Source: an uncultured bacterium (GTDB lineage Bacteria; Patescibacteriota; Minisyncoccia; Phycocordibacterales; UBA9973). From it: DNA of 64,000 nt. The stretch covers positions 3,769-67,768 of the forward strand of contig CAITSA010000001.1 in the NCBI GenBank assembly GCA_903894955.1. The letters are read 5' to 3'. The notes below the pieces were generated by a model. That model saw nothing but the letters and a program-made list of their open reading frames with translations, made no database searches and was not told the origin of the DNA. A program made the translations under genes and the position numbers. This document shows positions 48,786 through 57,568 of the stretch, in pieces. How positions within the stretch are numbered: the first letter of the stretch is position 1; every line of letters starts with the position of its first letter.

Positions 48786-49865
48786 TTGCGATATTTAGTT
48801 TGTTTTATAAAACGTTCAACTAAAACAGTTAGCAAAATATTTAGATCTACTTTAGCCTCTTCTTTATTGCTTGGGACTCTTTTTATGTCTGCCAGAGTAG
48901 CTCAAGCAGATTTCCTTTCTTCTATCTTTGGTGGTGGCCAAGCTTATGCGCTTCAAGTTAGTGATTCTAATCAAGTTACAGATGGTAAAAATAATGATGA
49001 TTCAGTAACTATTACCGATGATAGTGGTACTGCCCTTGTTCCAGCAACTGGTCTTTCGGGCGGGCAAGATGTCTCTGCTTCTTCAGGAGACACAAGTGTT
49101 TATGTAGTTAGGCCGGGAGATAATATTGCCACTATCGCTAAAATGTTTGATGTTTCGGTAGATACTATTCTTTGGGCTAATGACATGAAAAAGGGAGATA
49201 AACTTACGACAGGCGATGTCCTTTTGATTTTACCTATTTCTGGGCTTGAACATACAGTTACTAAAGGTCAAACCTTACAGAGTATTGCCAAGCTTTATAA
49301 AGTGGACGTAAATGACATTATTCAAAACAATGATGTTACTGAGGATACCAAACTAGCCGTTGGTGATACGCTTATTGTTCCGAATGCCTCAAAATCTGAA
49401 GAAAGTGGTATTCCCGTCAAGGACACAAAGGCAAGCACCGTAAAAGATAATCAATATTATCAAAAGCATCCTATCAAGAATCTTGCTGGGTATTATGTAA
49501 ATCCTGTACCAGGCTATAGAAAAAGCCAAGGTATTCATGACAATAATGCGGTAGATCTCGCTATCCCCAGAGGAACTTCTGTTCACGCGGCTGCTTCTGG
49601 TACTGTTACTCTTGCTAGACTTGGATACAATGGAGGGTTCGGAGGATTAGTAATTATTTCTCACCCAAATGGAACATCAACTCTTTATGCTCATTTATCC
49701 AAGTTGTCTACCTATACCGGAGAAAGTGTTTCTCAAGGTGAAGTAATTGCATCTTCTGGAGGTGTCCCTGGGACTCCTTATGCCGGACATTCTACTGGCG
49801 CACACCTACACTTTGAAGTTCATGGAGCAAGGAATCCAGGGGCAGATGGATCTTGGGCAAATTAA
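48786..49865 (+). CDS. LysM x2 + M23 peptidase (cell-wall hydrolase)
   Basis: YVVRPGDNIATIAKMF, HTVTKGQTLQSIAKLY, HDNNAVDLA, TLYAHL, STGAHLHFEV. Confidence 0.92.
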   Translation: MRYLVCFIKRSTKTVSKIFRSTLASSLLLGTLFMSARVAQADFLSSIFGGGQAYALQVSDSNQVTDGKNNDDSVTITDDSGTALVPATGLSGGQDVSASSGDTSVYVVRPGDNIATIAKMFDVSVDTILWANDMKKGDKLTTGDVLLILPISGLEHTVTKGQTLQSIAKLYKVDVNDIIQNNDVTEDTKLAVGDTLIVPNASKSEESGIPVKDTKASTVKDNQYYQKHPIKNLAGYYVNPVPGYRKSQGIHDNNAVDLAIPRGTSVHAAASGTVTLARLGYNGGFGGLVIISHPNGTSTLYAHLSKLSTYTGESVSQGEVIASSGGVPGTPYAGHSTGAHLHFEVHGARNPGADGSWAN

Positions 49866-49869
49866 AATT

Positions 49870-49973
49870 CTTTAGAATATAACTTTTTCCGGTACGGATT
49901 TTTCGAAGCTTGAAAAATCCTGAAGTTCTCGGCTCGTCAGCCTCGAAACCCCTACAAAAATTATATTCTAAAG
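49870..49973. repeat. Branched structured repeat, copy C
   Basis: Outer IR CTTTAGAATATAA / TTATATTCTAAAG; core CTCGGCTCGTCAGCCT. Confidence 0.9.
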
Positions 49974-49977
49974 ATAT

Positions 49978-50703
49978 TTAAATTCCAGCGAGATGAATTG
50001 CTCCAAATAAAACAACCACTCCTAATATAGTAGCTACTGTAGTCCACATAGTGGGATGATTGTGGTGGCTTTCTGGTAGTAAATCAGATGCTCCTATGTA
50101 CAAGAAAAATCCAGTAAATAAAGCAAGAATTATCCCTAAGGTTGATTCTGATACTGAAAAAAATAAAGTAGAAGTTATTCCCAAGACTGGAGCAATGGCG
50201 TCAACTAACAGCCAGCTAAAAGCTTGTTTTTTTGTACCAGAATTTTTTAAGATCATATTAACTGTATTTATTCCATCAGAAAAATCATGAACTAATACAG
50301 CAACAGCTACGATAGCACCAACAGCGCTTGATACTTGGAAAGCTAAACCGATAGCAGCCCCATCTAGAAAACTATGCGCAGATAAACTTCCAGCTCCAAG
50401 CAATCCCCTTTTATTTGGATTACACCCCTCATCATTATGGTCACAGTGTGAATGAAAGAAAAAGAGTCTATCTAAAATCATATAAATTACGAAACCAAGA
50501 GCGGTAATGGAGGTAATCAAACTAAGATCATAACTTCCTCCTCCTAGTTCTAATGCTTCAGGCAATAAATCAAAAAATGCTACACCAATAACTGCTCCAG
50601 CCGAGAATCCTAAAATTAAATGTAGTTTATCTTTGAAACGCAAAGCGAACATTCCACCCAAGAATGTGGAAACTAATGTTGCAATAGCTATGAATATAAT
50701 CAT
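49978..50703 (-). CDS. ZIP family divalent metal transporter
   Basis: FSAGAVIGVAFFDLLPEA, His-rich loop, HSFLDG, HDFSDG, YIGASDLLPE. Confidence 0.92.
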   Translation of the reverse strand: MIIFIAIATLVSTFLGGMFALRFKDKLHLILGFSAGAVIGVAFFDLLPEALELGGGSYDLSLITSITALGFVIYMILDRLFFFHSHCDHNDEGCNPNKRGLLGAGSLSAHSFLDGAAIGLAFQVSSAVGAIVAVAVLVHDFSDGINTVNMILKNSGTKKQAFSWLLVDAIAPVLGITSTLFFSVSESTLGIILALFTGFFLYIGASDLLPESHHNHPTMWTTVATILGVVVLFGAIHLAGI

Positions 50704-50704
50704 G

Positions 50705-50775
50705 TGCGGGATGGGAGAATCGAACTCCCAACCTCAGTTTGGAAAACTGACGTTTTACCATTAAACTAATCCCGC
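50705..50775 (-). tRNA. tRNA-Gly (TCC)
   Basis: Cloverleaf GCGGGAT...TCAGT-TTTCCAA-ACTGA...GTTCGATT...ATCCCGCA; no encoded CCA. Confidence 0.95.
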
Positions 50776-50805
50776 AATGTCACAAATCCTGAATTTACTG
50801 AAGGG

Positions 50806-50876
50806 TCGGGCTGCTGGGAATTGAACCCAGTCTAAATGCTCCCAAAGCACTTGTACTACCGGTATACTACAGCCCG
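50806..50876 (-). tRNA. tRNA-Pro (TGG)
   Basis: CGGGCTG...AGTGC-TTTGGGA-GCATT...GGTTCAATTCC...CAGCCCGA. Confidence 0.95.
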
Positions 50877-50913
50877 AAAATTATATAAATTTTGAAAAAC
50901 ACTTACCGACAAT

Positions 50914-50965
50914 AGTCTAAATGCTCTCACTATAAGCACTTGTACTACCGGTATACTACAACCCG
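50914..50965 (-). pseudogene. Duplicated 5' two-thirds of tRNA-Pro with altered anticodon loop
   Basis: CGGGTTGTAGTATACCGGTAGTACAAGTGCTT-ATAGTGA-GAGCATTTAGACT matches the adjacent tRNA-Pro apart from the loop and one base; no T-arm. Confidence 0.8.
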
Positions 50966-50984
50966 CTTTCGCTGGTTTAATATA

Positions 50985-51416
50985 TCACAAAATAATATCA
51001 TTGACCACTTTTATTCTTGCTTTTTTGTTTTTTATATCAAGAAATACAACCAATAAATCTATTTGCCATTCTTTATCATCCGATATTTTTTCAGACAAAA
51101 GATAAGTTTGAATTGTTCGTGATAAACGTTTTAATTTCCACGGATGCATGTTGTCTTCAGGTCTAGGATCAGATATTTCATGCCCGCCTTGTCTAATTGA
51201 GGCAGGTAAAACATTGTTTAAGGTTTCACAGGCAACTGATTTTACCTCAATAAAGTATAATTTATTAGCTTTTTCAGCTATTATATCTATTTCACCCCAT
51301 TTTTTAGTATAATTTCGATCTAATATTGAAAAATTATGTTTCACGAGAAACTTTACTGCAATGTTTTCGCCAATCTCCCCTATTTTTTGTGTTTTTGATG
51401 TAAATACTTTTGGCAT
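50985..51416 (-). CDS. YraN family (UPF0102) endonuclease-like protein
   Basis: GEIGENIA..FL, ILDRNY, GEIDII, FIEVK. Confidence 0.9.
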   Translation of the reverse strand: MPKVFTSKTQKIGEIGENIAVKFLVKHNFSILDRNYTKKWGEIDIIAEKANKLYFIEVKSVACETLNNVLPASIRQGGHEISDPRPEDNMHPWKLKRLSRTIQTYLLSEKISDDKEWQIDLLVVFLDIKNKKARIKVVNDIIL

Positions 51417-51471
51417 TTTAATTTTACCAATATTAAATCTTAATTTTACAAGGTTTTATAAGAAAAATGTT

Positions 51472-51503
51472 AGTTTCACATGGAACATGTTTCACGTGAA
51501 ACA
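51472..51503. promoter_or_regulatory. Tandem parS sites (ParB/Spo0J boxes)
   Basis: AGTTTCACATGGAACA directly followed by perfect TGTTTCACGTGAAACA; further copies at 51222, 51337, 52622 and 52868. Confidence 0.88.
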
Positions 51504-51685
51504 TTTATCAAATTTTAATGTCTTTTACTGAAATATCCTTATTTTACAAGCTATTTTATAAAAAAGCATAATAAAAGACAATTTTTTATTGTGTCCTTTA
51601 TGAACACTACTAACATAGTTATCCACATATTTAATAAAAACTTTATATCGTAAAGGTTTAACTAAGAGACATCAAAAATTTAATG

Positions 51686-51756
51686 TGCGGCCACCGGGAA
51701 TCGGACCCGAATCTGATCCTTGGCAAGGACCTGTTCTACCATTAAACCATGACCGC
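51686..51756 (-). tRNA. tRNA-Gly (GCC)
   Basis: GCGGTCA...GGTCC-TTGCCAA-GGATC...GGTCCGATTCC...TGGCCGCA; T-loop variant TCCGA. Confidence 0.93.
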
Positions 51757-51759
51757 TTT

Positions 51760-52416
51760 TTATTTAAAATTTTCTTTACAAAGTTCAAGCCATTTCATCA
51801 TTTTTTTCTTTAAGCTTGTGTTAGATATTATACTATTTCCAACTCCGTATTGCAATTTTCTTAACTTTGATTTTCCTATTATTACTTGGGATTTATTGAA
51901 ATTTAATCTATTAATACTTAATTTTTCAGACCAAACTTTAATGCAATCTTCTATTACATGATCTGGATACAACAACAACCAAACCTTTATTTTGTCACGT
52001 CCAATTTTAAGAAATTTCTCAGAAAACCTTATAAATACTAGGTGTAAATAGAATTCAGAATTAGCTAATTTTATGTTAAATCTATTGGTTTTATCTCCCT
52101 CACCAGCATAAACCATTAATCCTGCCATGAACAAGGGGTCGTTTTTGTATATTTCAAATTCTTTTTTTGCATCTTCTTCTACTCTTTTATACTTTTTTTC
52201 CAACATTATTCTGCGTCCCTCATTTAATTTTTCTAGATGTGTTTTACTAATTTTTATTTGTTTTTCTGTGTTTGTTTTTTTAATATGTTTTGACCAAGTT
52301 TCATTTTTAAACCAATCACAAAGTGTACTTCGTGAAACATCAAGTAAGGCCTCAATTTCCCTGTAAGTTTTACCCTGTTTTCTTAATTCAAATGCTTTTG
52401 GTTGGTCGTGTCTCAT
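51760..52416 (-). CDS. HTH + LAGLIDADG-like protein abutting tRNA-Gly
   Basis: N-terminal LRKQGKTYREI...VSRSTL..W (HTH); FMAGLMVYAGEGDK...LANSE resembles a LAGLIDADG helix; likely start ATG 52416. Confidence 0.6.
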   Translation of the reverse strand: MRHDQPKAFELRKQGKTYREIEALLDVSRSTLCDWFKNETWSKHIKKTNTEKQIKISKTHLEKLNEGRRIMLEKKYKRVEEDAKKEFEIYKNDPLFMAGLMVYAGEGDKTNRFNIKLANSEFYLHLVFIRFSEKFLKIGRDKIKVWLLLYPDHVIEDCIKVWSEKLSINRLNFNKSQVIIGKSKLRKLQYGVGNSIISNTSLKKKMMKWLELCKENFK

Positions 52417-52495
52417 ACTGTATAAGTATATCACAAGGGTTCGCTTTGTAAAATAAATATAATAGTATATAATTGTTAGATTATTAAATAATTTT

Positions 52496-52567
52496 GCACC
52501 CGTAGTGAAATGGATATCATACCCGCCTTCGAAGCGGTCGTTGAGGGTTCGACTCCCCCCGGGTGCA
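52496..52567 (+). tRNA. tRNA-Arg (TCG)
   Basis: GCACCCG...CCGC-CTTCGAA-GCGG...GGTTCGACTCC...CGGGTGCA. Confidence 0.93.
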
Positions 52568-52577
52568 CAAAGTAACA

Positions 52578-54170
52578 GTGGAACAAAATACTAAAAATTT
52601 AATATCAAAAATCCCCAAAGAAGTTTCACATGTAACAGATACGCTTGAAGAAGCTGGTTTTGAGGCATACTTAGTTGGTGGATGTGTTCGTGATCTTTTA
52701 ATGTCAGAGATCCTGAGTGGAACCGAAAGAGATAAAGAACCAAAGGATTGGGACATTACAACCAACGCTAAACCAGAACAAATTATTAGTCTTTTTGAAA
52801 AGACAGTTTATGAAAATACTTTCGGAACAGTTGGGGTATGTGTTCCACTATTTGGGGAGACTCAGGATGTTTCGCGTGAAACATTGGCAGGAGACGTTTC
52901 ACAAGATTTGCCCGCCGAAATGGAGGGAACATCCAAATATAAGATTATTGAGGTAACTCCTTATAGAATTGAGGCAAAATATAGTGATTTTAGACATCCA
53001 GACGAGATAAAGTTTAGTGATAATCTAGAAGACGACCTTAAAAGGCGTGATTTTACAATAAACTCGATAGCTCTTAGTTCTAAAGGACACCTAATTGATT
53101 TATTTAATGGCATAAAGGACATTAAAAATAAGACACTAAAAGCGGTAGGGAATCCAGATGACCGTTTTGCTGAAGATGCTCTTCGCATGTTGCGTGCTGT
53201 GCGCTTTTCTTGCCAGCTTAATTTTTCTGTGTCATATGAAACAACGGAAAGTATTTTAAAAAATTCAGATTTAATAAGAAAAATATCGGCAGAAAGAATT
53301 CATGATGAGTTTGTAAAAATAATTATGTCATCGAATCCAGCGAGTGGAATTGTGATGTTGCAAAAATTTAATTTGTTAAAAAATATAATTCCAGAATTAG
53401 AAGAGGGGATAAATTGTGAACAGGGAGGGGAACATATTTATGATGTGTGGAATCATTTACTACACGCTCTTTCACATGCTGCAAATAAGAATTGGTTTTT
53501 AGAAATAAGGCTTGCAGCCCTTTTTCATGATATTGGGAAACCAAGAAGTCGAAGAGAATCGGAATCTGTTTCTAAGAAGAAATATACATTTTATGGCCAC
53601 GAAGTTGTTGGTGCACGAATGACGAAAAAAATAATGGAGAGATTAAAATTTCCTAAAAAAGAAATTGAGTTAGTTGAAAAATTAATACGTAACCATATGT
53701 TTTTTTCTGATACAGAATTAATTACACTTTCTGCAGTGCGAAGAATTATCACCAAGGTGGGGGTGGAAAACATTTGGTTGTTAATGAATGTCCGTGAGTG
53801 CGACAGAGTAGGCATGAAGAAAAAAGAAACTCCTTATAGACTTCGAAAATATTTTGCCATGATAGAAGAAGCTCTTCGTGACCCTATTTCTGCCCGTCAG
53901 CTTAAAATTAATGGGGAATTTATGATCAAAGAGCTTGGTATGAAGCCTGGACCTCGGATGGGATGGATTTTAAATGCTTTATTGGAAGAAGTTTTGGATG
54001 CTCCAGAAAAAAATACAGTGGAACATTTGTCAGAGTTAGCTAAATCTTTAAATATGTTGGGCAACAACGAGCTAAAAATCTTAGGGGAGCGAGGAAAAGA
54101 AAAAAAAGAAGAAGCAGAAGAAGCAGAAATTAGTAAGCTTCACGAGAAACATGGGGTGAGGAGAAAATAA
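52578..54170 (+). CDS. CCA-adding tRNA nucleotidyltransferase with HD domain
   Basis: YLVGGCVRD, DWDITT, DLKRRDFTIN, EDALRMLRAVRF, FHDIGKP; start moved out of the tRNA to GTG 52578. Confidence 0.92.
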   Translation: MEQNTKNLISKIPKEVSHVTDTLEEAGFEAYLVGGCVRDLLMSEILSGTERDKEPKDWDITTNAKPEQIISLFEKTVYENTFGTVGVCVPLFGETQDVSRETLAGDVSQDLPAEMEGTSKYKIIEVTPYRIEAKYSDFRHPDEIKFSDNLEDDLKRRDFTINSIALSSKGHLIDLFNGIKDIKNKTLKAVGNPDDRFAEDALRMLRAVRFSCQLNFSVSYETTESILKNSDLIRKISAERIHDEFVKIIMSSNPASGIVMLQKFNLLKNIIPELEEGINCEQGGEHIYDVWNHLLHALSHAANKNWFLEIRLAALFHDIGKPRSRRESESVSKKKYTFYGHEVVGARMTKKIMERLKFPKKEIELVEKLIRNHMFFSDTELITLSAVRRIITKVGVENIWLLMNVRECDRVGMKKKETPYRLRKYFAMIEEALRDPISARQLKINGEFMIKELGMKPGPRMGWILNALLEEVLDAPEKNTVEHLSELAKSLNMLGNNELKILGERGKEKKEEAEEAEISKLHEKHGVRRK

Positions 54171-54196
54171 TATTTAGTAGATTTCTTGCTGATAAC

Positions 54197-54231
54197 ACCC
54201 CGATAGCAGAGCAAGCTCGCTACGGGGCAGG
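54197..54231. repeat. ACCCCG...CTACGGGGCAGG palindromic element (same family in ruvB 13386-13419 and at 36106-36141)
   Basis: ACCCCGATAGCAGAGCAAGCTCGCTACGGGGCAGG vs ACCCCGAAGGAAAGCAAGCTTCCTACGGGGCAGG. Confidence 0.85.
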
Positions 54232-54238
54232 AGTTTCA

Positions 54239-55918
54239 CTAATATATCTCCTGCTGATAACATTGTTCGCAATATACTTTTTCGTCTCGGTCGGGGGAGT
54301 AGGCAGTTTCAAATTCGTTTTCGCATTTTTTGGAACCGTGAATATGACTTTCTATTTTACACAAACACGAACGATGCCAGAGTTTACGAGGATTGCGGTT
54401 TTTCATTCGATCGTGATTTCTACATTCAAAATCTTTGTGTGGTAGGGGAATAATCATTCTTTTATAGAAATCAAATTCTCCTTTTGTGATACGGAAATTC
54501 TTTTTACAATCTTTACAGACTAAAACTTGATTTAAAATATCTTCAGTGACTTCTTCTATGGTTTCCGGCATATTTTCTTCTTTTATTGTTTCTTTTCCAT
54601 AAGTGCCAGAAGTTTCACTTTGCCAATTGAAACCTTTTTCTTTTGCTTCTTTTTCATTTATTGGAAAATATTCTTGGGCTAATGTTTCATTATATCCAAA
54701 AGCACTAACAAAAGGAGGAATAAAATCACCATAAACTCCCTCCTTTTTCATATTTTCAATAATCTCTTCTTTTAATTTTTCATATTCTTCTTTAGTATAT
54801 TGCTTGTTTAGGATGCAATATTTTTTCTTTTTTAGTCCGAGACAGCCAAAACAACTATCACAATTATGTAAACTTTCTGAATATTCTGAATTACTTGTAT
54901 ACATCATATAAACTGAGTGTTTTATGTTATATGTTTGGAGTGTGCCCATTACATCTAGGTTTAATTCTGGCTTATAGTAAGTGTTGTTCATATCCCAACA
55001 ATCAATAGTTCCTTCTGTATCCCCTACATATTTACAGTTTTTTGTATTCTCCGCATCAAAACCATGGGTTGTGTCATGACAGTTATACATATAATCCCCA
55101 GTAGCATTTTTACATTTTACTTGATGTGAAAATTTTACAATTGCTTCTTTTTTAAATTTTTCATATTCTTTTTTTGCTTCAGCTAATTTTTTATTTGAAG
55201 ATAAAATTTCTTTTTTCTTTTTCTCATATTCTTCTTTTGAAACAGGTTGGTTTAAAATATGATAACTTTTATTTCTTAAGTTGATGGAAAAAATACAGTT
55301 TTGACAATTGCGTAAATTAAAACAAAAGATTAAATCCATACTTGTCTCACAGCCATCAGAGAACATGCAGTTGTAGCATTTTCGACAATCAATACACTCG
55401 TATAAAAATTCAGAATCTTGTACAAAATCATTGTCAATTGCAAATTTACTTCGATAAACTAGTCGGCCATACATTGAATCCTCGTTTTTTTGTGCTCCGA
55501 ATATTAAGTAACAATTTTTATTATCTTCTGAATTATTTACATAATCGCTATTTATGCCATCAATATTTAAAAGAGAGATGCGGGGAACTTTGTTTCGAAG
55601 TTCTAGCCACTGTTCAAAAAATGGTCGACTTGGATCATAGTCTTGTCCATAATCTACTCCGTCCCAATCATCACCCCACCAAATATGTTGATCATAAACA
55701 GGGAAAGGGGTATTGGGAGGGTAAAGGGAAACGATAGGTTTACCACTTTTACTGCAAGTTCTTTTATAAAGAGTTCTTTCATTACGAAAACAAAGTCTAC
55801 GGGCTACTCTGCAATCCGGACAATAGTTTGGAGCAGGAGCTTTCATTTTTTCATAAAAATTTAAATCATCTTGCTCTATTTCAAAATCTTTTTTACAAGT
55901 TTTACAAATTTTTTGCAT
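54239..55918 (-). CDS. Cys-rich multi-CxxC protein, paralogue 3 (559 aa)
   Basis: CKTCKKDF, CPDCR..RRLCFRNERTLYKR, YCILNKQYTKEEY, LWHRSC, FETAYSPDR..KVYCEQCY. Confidence 0.85.
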   Translation of the reverse strand: MQKICKTCKKDFEIEQDDLNFYEKMKAPAPNYCPDCRVARRLCFRNERTLYKRTCSKSGKPIVSLYPPNTPFPVYDQHIWWGDDWDGVDYGQDYDPSRPFFEQWLELRNKVPRISLLNIDGINSDYVNNSEDNKNCYLIFGAQKNEDSMYGRLVYRSKFAIDNDFVQDSEFLYECIDCRKCYNCMFSDGCETSMDLIFCFNLRNCQNCIFSINLRNKSYHILNQPVSKEEYEKKKKEILSSNKKLAEAKKEYEKFKKEAIVKFSHQVKCKNATGDYMYNCHDTTHGFDAENTKNCKYVGDTEGTIDCWDMNNTYYKPELNLDVMGTLQTYNIKHSVYMMYTSNSEYSESLHNCDSCFGCLGLKKKKYCILNKQYTKEEYEKLKEEIIENMKKEGVYGDFIPPFVSAFGYNETLAQEYFPINEKEAKEKGFNWQSETSGTYGKETIKEENMPETIEEVTEDILNQVLVCKDCKKNFRITKGEFDFYKRMIIPLPHKDFECRNHDRMKNRNPRKLWHRSCLCKIESHIHGSKKCENEFETAYSPDRDEKVYCEQCYQQEIY

Positions 55919-55924
55919 AGTTTT

Positions 55925-56587
55925 TTAATCCGCAAAGTGACCTTTGACGTCTTCTCCAAAAAATAAGTGATGAAGCATCTTTAGAATATTTTCAAAAAGT
56001 GTAGTGCTATAAGAAGAAAGGTTAAAAATAACAGCTAGAGTAAACAAGACAAGAGCAAGTTTTATGCTCCAGAAACAAAGTGGGATGGCAATAAGCGAGA
56101 AGAACACTGGCATTAGAGTACGAATAGTACTACCCCGAATTTCCCTTTTTGGAATTTCAGGATTTACAATATGTTCTGAGTAAAATACATATCTTCGCAT
56201 CCAGTATAAAGTAAGGCCGATTAAGATTGTATGTATGCCAAAGATTACAACAGCTAGTTCATTTTTGTTATATTCTCCAAGAATACTAGCGGAAAAAGGG
56301 ATTAAACTTATGAGCATAAAAAACAAGGCATTAATGTTGGTGAGCATAGAGTCAACATTTTTTGCGTAAACAGAAACAAAAAAATGGTGTGCTCGCCAAT
56401 AAGTGAAAAGTAGAGCAAAGCTTAAAATATAACTCATCAATACTGGAAATAACTTTTCAATCTGGAGCCAAAGGTCTAAATTGCTTATTTGTCCCCAGAC
56501 TACAGGTACTTTTATATCAAAAACGAGAATTGTCATCACGATGGCAAAAATTCCATCGGAAAGCTGATCTAATCTTGTATGGTTCAT
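55925..56587 (-). CDS. TMEM175 family potassium channel
   Basis: RLDQLSDGIFAIVMTILV, SYILSF, YWRAHH, LIPF; likely start ATG 56587. Confidence 0.9.
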   Translation of the reverse strand: MNHTRLDQLSDGIFAIVMTILVFDIKVPVVWGQISNLDLWLQIEKLFPVLMSYILSFALLFTYWRAHHFFVSVYAKNVDSMLTNINALFFMLISLIPFSASILGEYNKNELAVVIFGIHTILIGLTLYWMRRYVFYSEHIVNPEIPKREIRGSTIRTLMPVFFSLIAIPLCFWSIKLALVLFTLAVIFNLSSYSTTLFENILKMLHHLFFGEDVKGHFAD

Positions 56588-56625
56588 GCTTAAAATATAG
56601 CATAAAATATTTAAAATATAAACTT

Positions 56626-57441
56626 TTAAATCTCTAGCCAAATTGGACAGTGGTCCGAGCCGTAATAATCAGACAACATGCCCGTGGCTTTTATCCCGAC
56701 GCTTTTAGGTCGGGACCCCGACAACGAAGTTCGTCGGGGCTTTAGATCTTTGAAAAAAATTTCATCGGCAAAAAAATAATCAAGACGCCAGCCGACATTT
56801 CTATCTCTAGCGCGAGTTTTGATATCCCAATATGTATAAGCGCCAATTTTTTCTGGATAAAACTTTCTAAATACATCAATGAATTTATTTTTTATTACTT
56901 TATCAATCCAAGCACGTTCTATGGGCAAGAAACCAGTATTTTCAACGTTAGCTTTCGGGCGGGCAAGGTCGATTTCTTCATGGGCTGTATTTATATCTCC
57001 ACAAAAAATTACATTTTCGCCATTCTTTCGCAACTTCAGGATAAATTTTAGAAAAGCTTCGTAAAATTCTAATTTATATTTTAATCTATGTGGTCCTTGG
57101 CCACCATTTGGAAAATATCCAGTAATGATGGTGCAATTTTTTAATTTTACACCAAGCAATCTTCCCTCGTTGTCTAATTTTTTTACACCCATACCATAAA
57201 AAACTTCTCTCGGTTTTTCTTTAGTGTAAATTGCTACCCCACTGTATCCTTTCTTAATTTTTGGATGTGAAAAGTAAGAATAATATCCAGAAATATTTCG
57301 TACTTCGGGAGGCAATTGTTCTGGAGTGGCTTTTGTTTCTTGTAGACATAAAATATCTGGTCTGTTTTTAAATAGGGGAATAAAAAATCCTTGTTTTGCT
57401 GTTGCCCGAAGCCCGTTGGTGTTCCAAGAAATTATTTTCAT
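56626..57441 (-). CDS. xth: Exodeoxyribonuclease III / AP endonuclease with an in-frame double-hairpin insertion
   Basis: ISWNTNGLRA, LQETK, GYSGVA, EGR, GDINTAH, GWRLDYF, SDHCP. Confidence 0.95.
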   Translation of the reverse strand: MKIISWNTNGLRATAKQGFFIPLFKNRPDILCLQETKATPEQLPPEVRNISGYYSYFSHPKIKKGYSGVAIYTKEKPREVFYGMGVKKLDNEGRLLGVKLKNCTIITGYFPNGGQGPHRLKYKLEFYEAFLKFILKLRKNGENVIFCGDINTAHEEIDLARPKANVENTGFLPIERAWIDKVIKNKFIDVFRKFYPEKIGAYTYWDIKTRARDRNVGWRLDYFFADEIFFKDLKPRRTSLSGSRPKSVGIKATGMLSDYYGSDHCPIWLEI

Positions 57442-57568
57442 ATTATTATTTTAACATAAATTTGAAAATTGATTTTACTACTCCTTTTTATAGATAAATA
57501 CAAATATCCTTGTTTTTTTATAGGAGAGGGGTAGAATTGAGGTATTATTAATTTATATATAAAAATAT

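Noticed and set aside
49870..49973. Hammerhead ribozyme (CUGACGA appears on the - strand of the structured repeat)
   Set aside because: No stem II followed by GAAA in the required register; the bases are paired in the GGCU/AGCC hairpin; other copies read CUGGCGA or CCGACGG
52563..52577. ORF-track start of the CCA enzyme at 52563
   Set aside because: It overlaps the tRNA-Arg acceptor stem; the in-frame GTG at 52578 is more plausible
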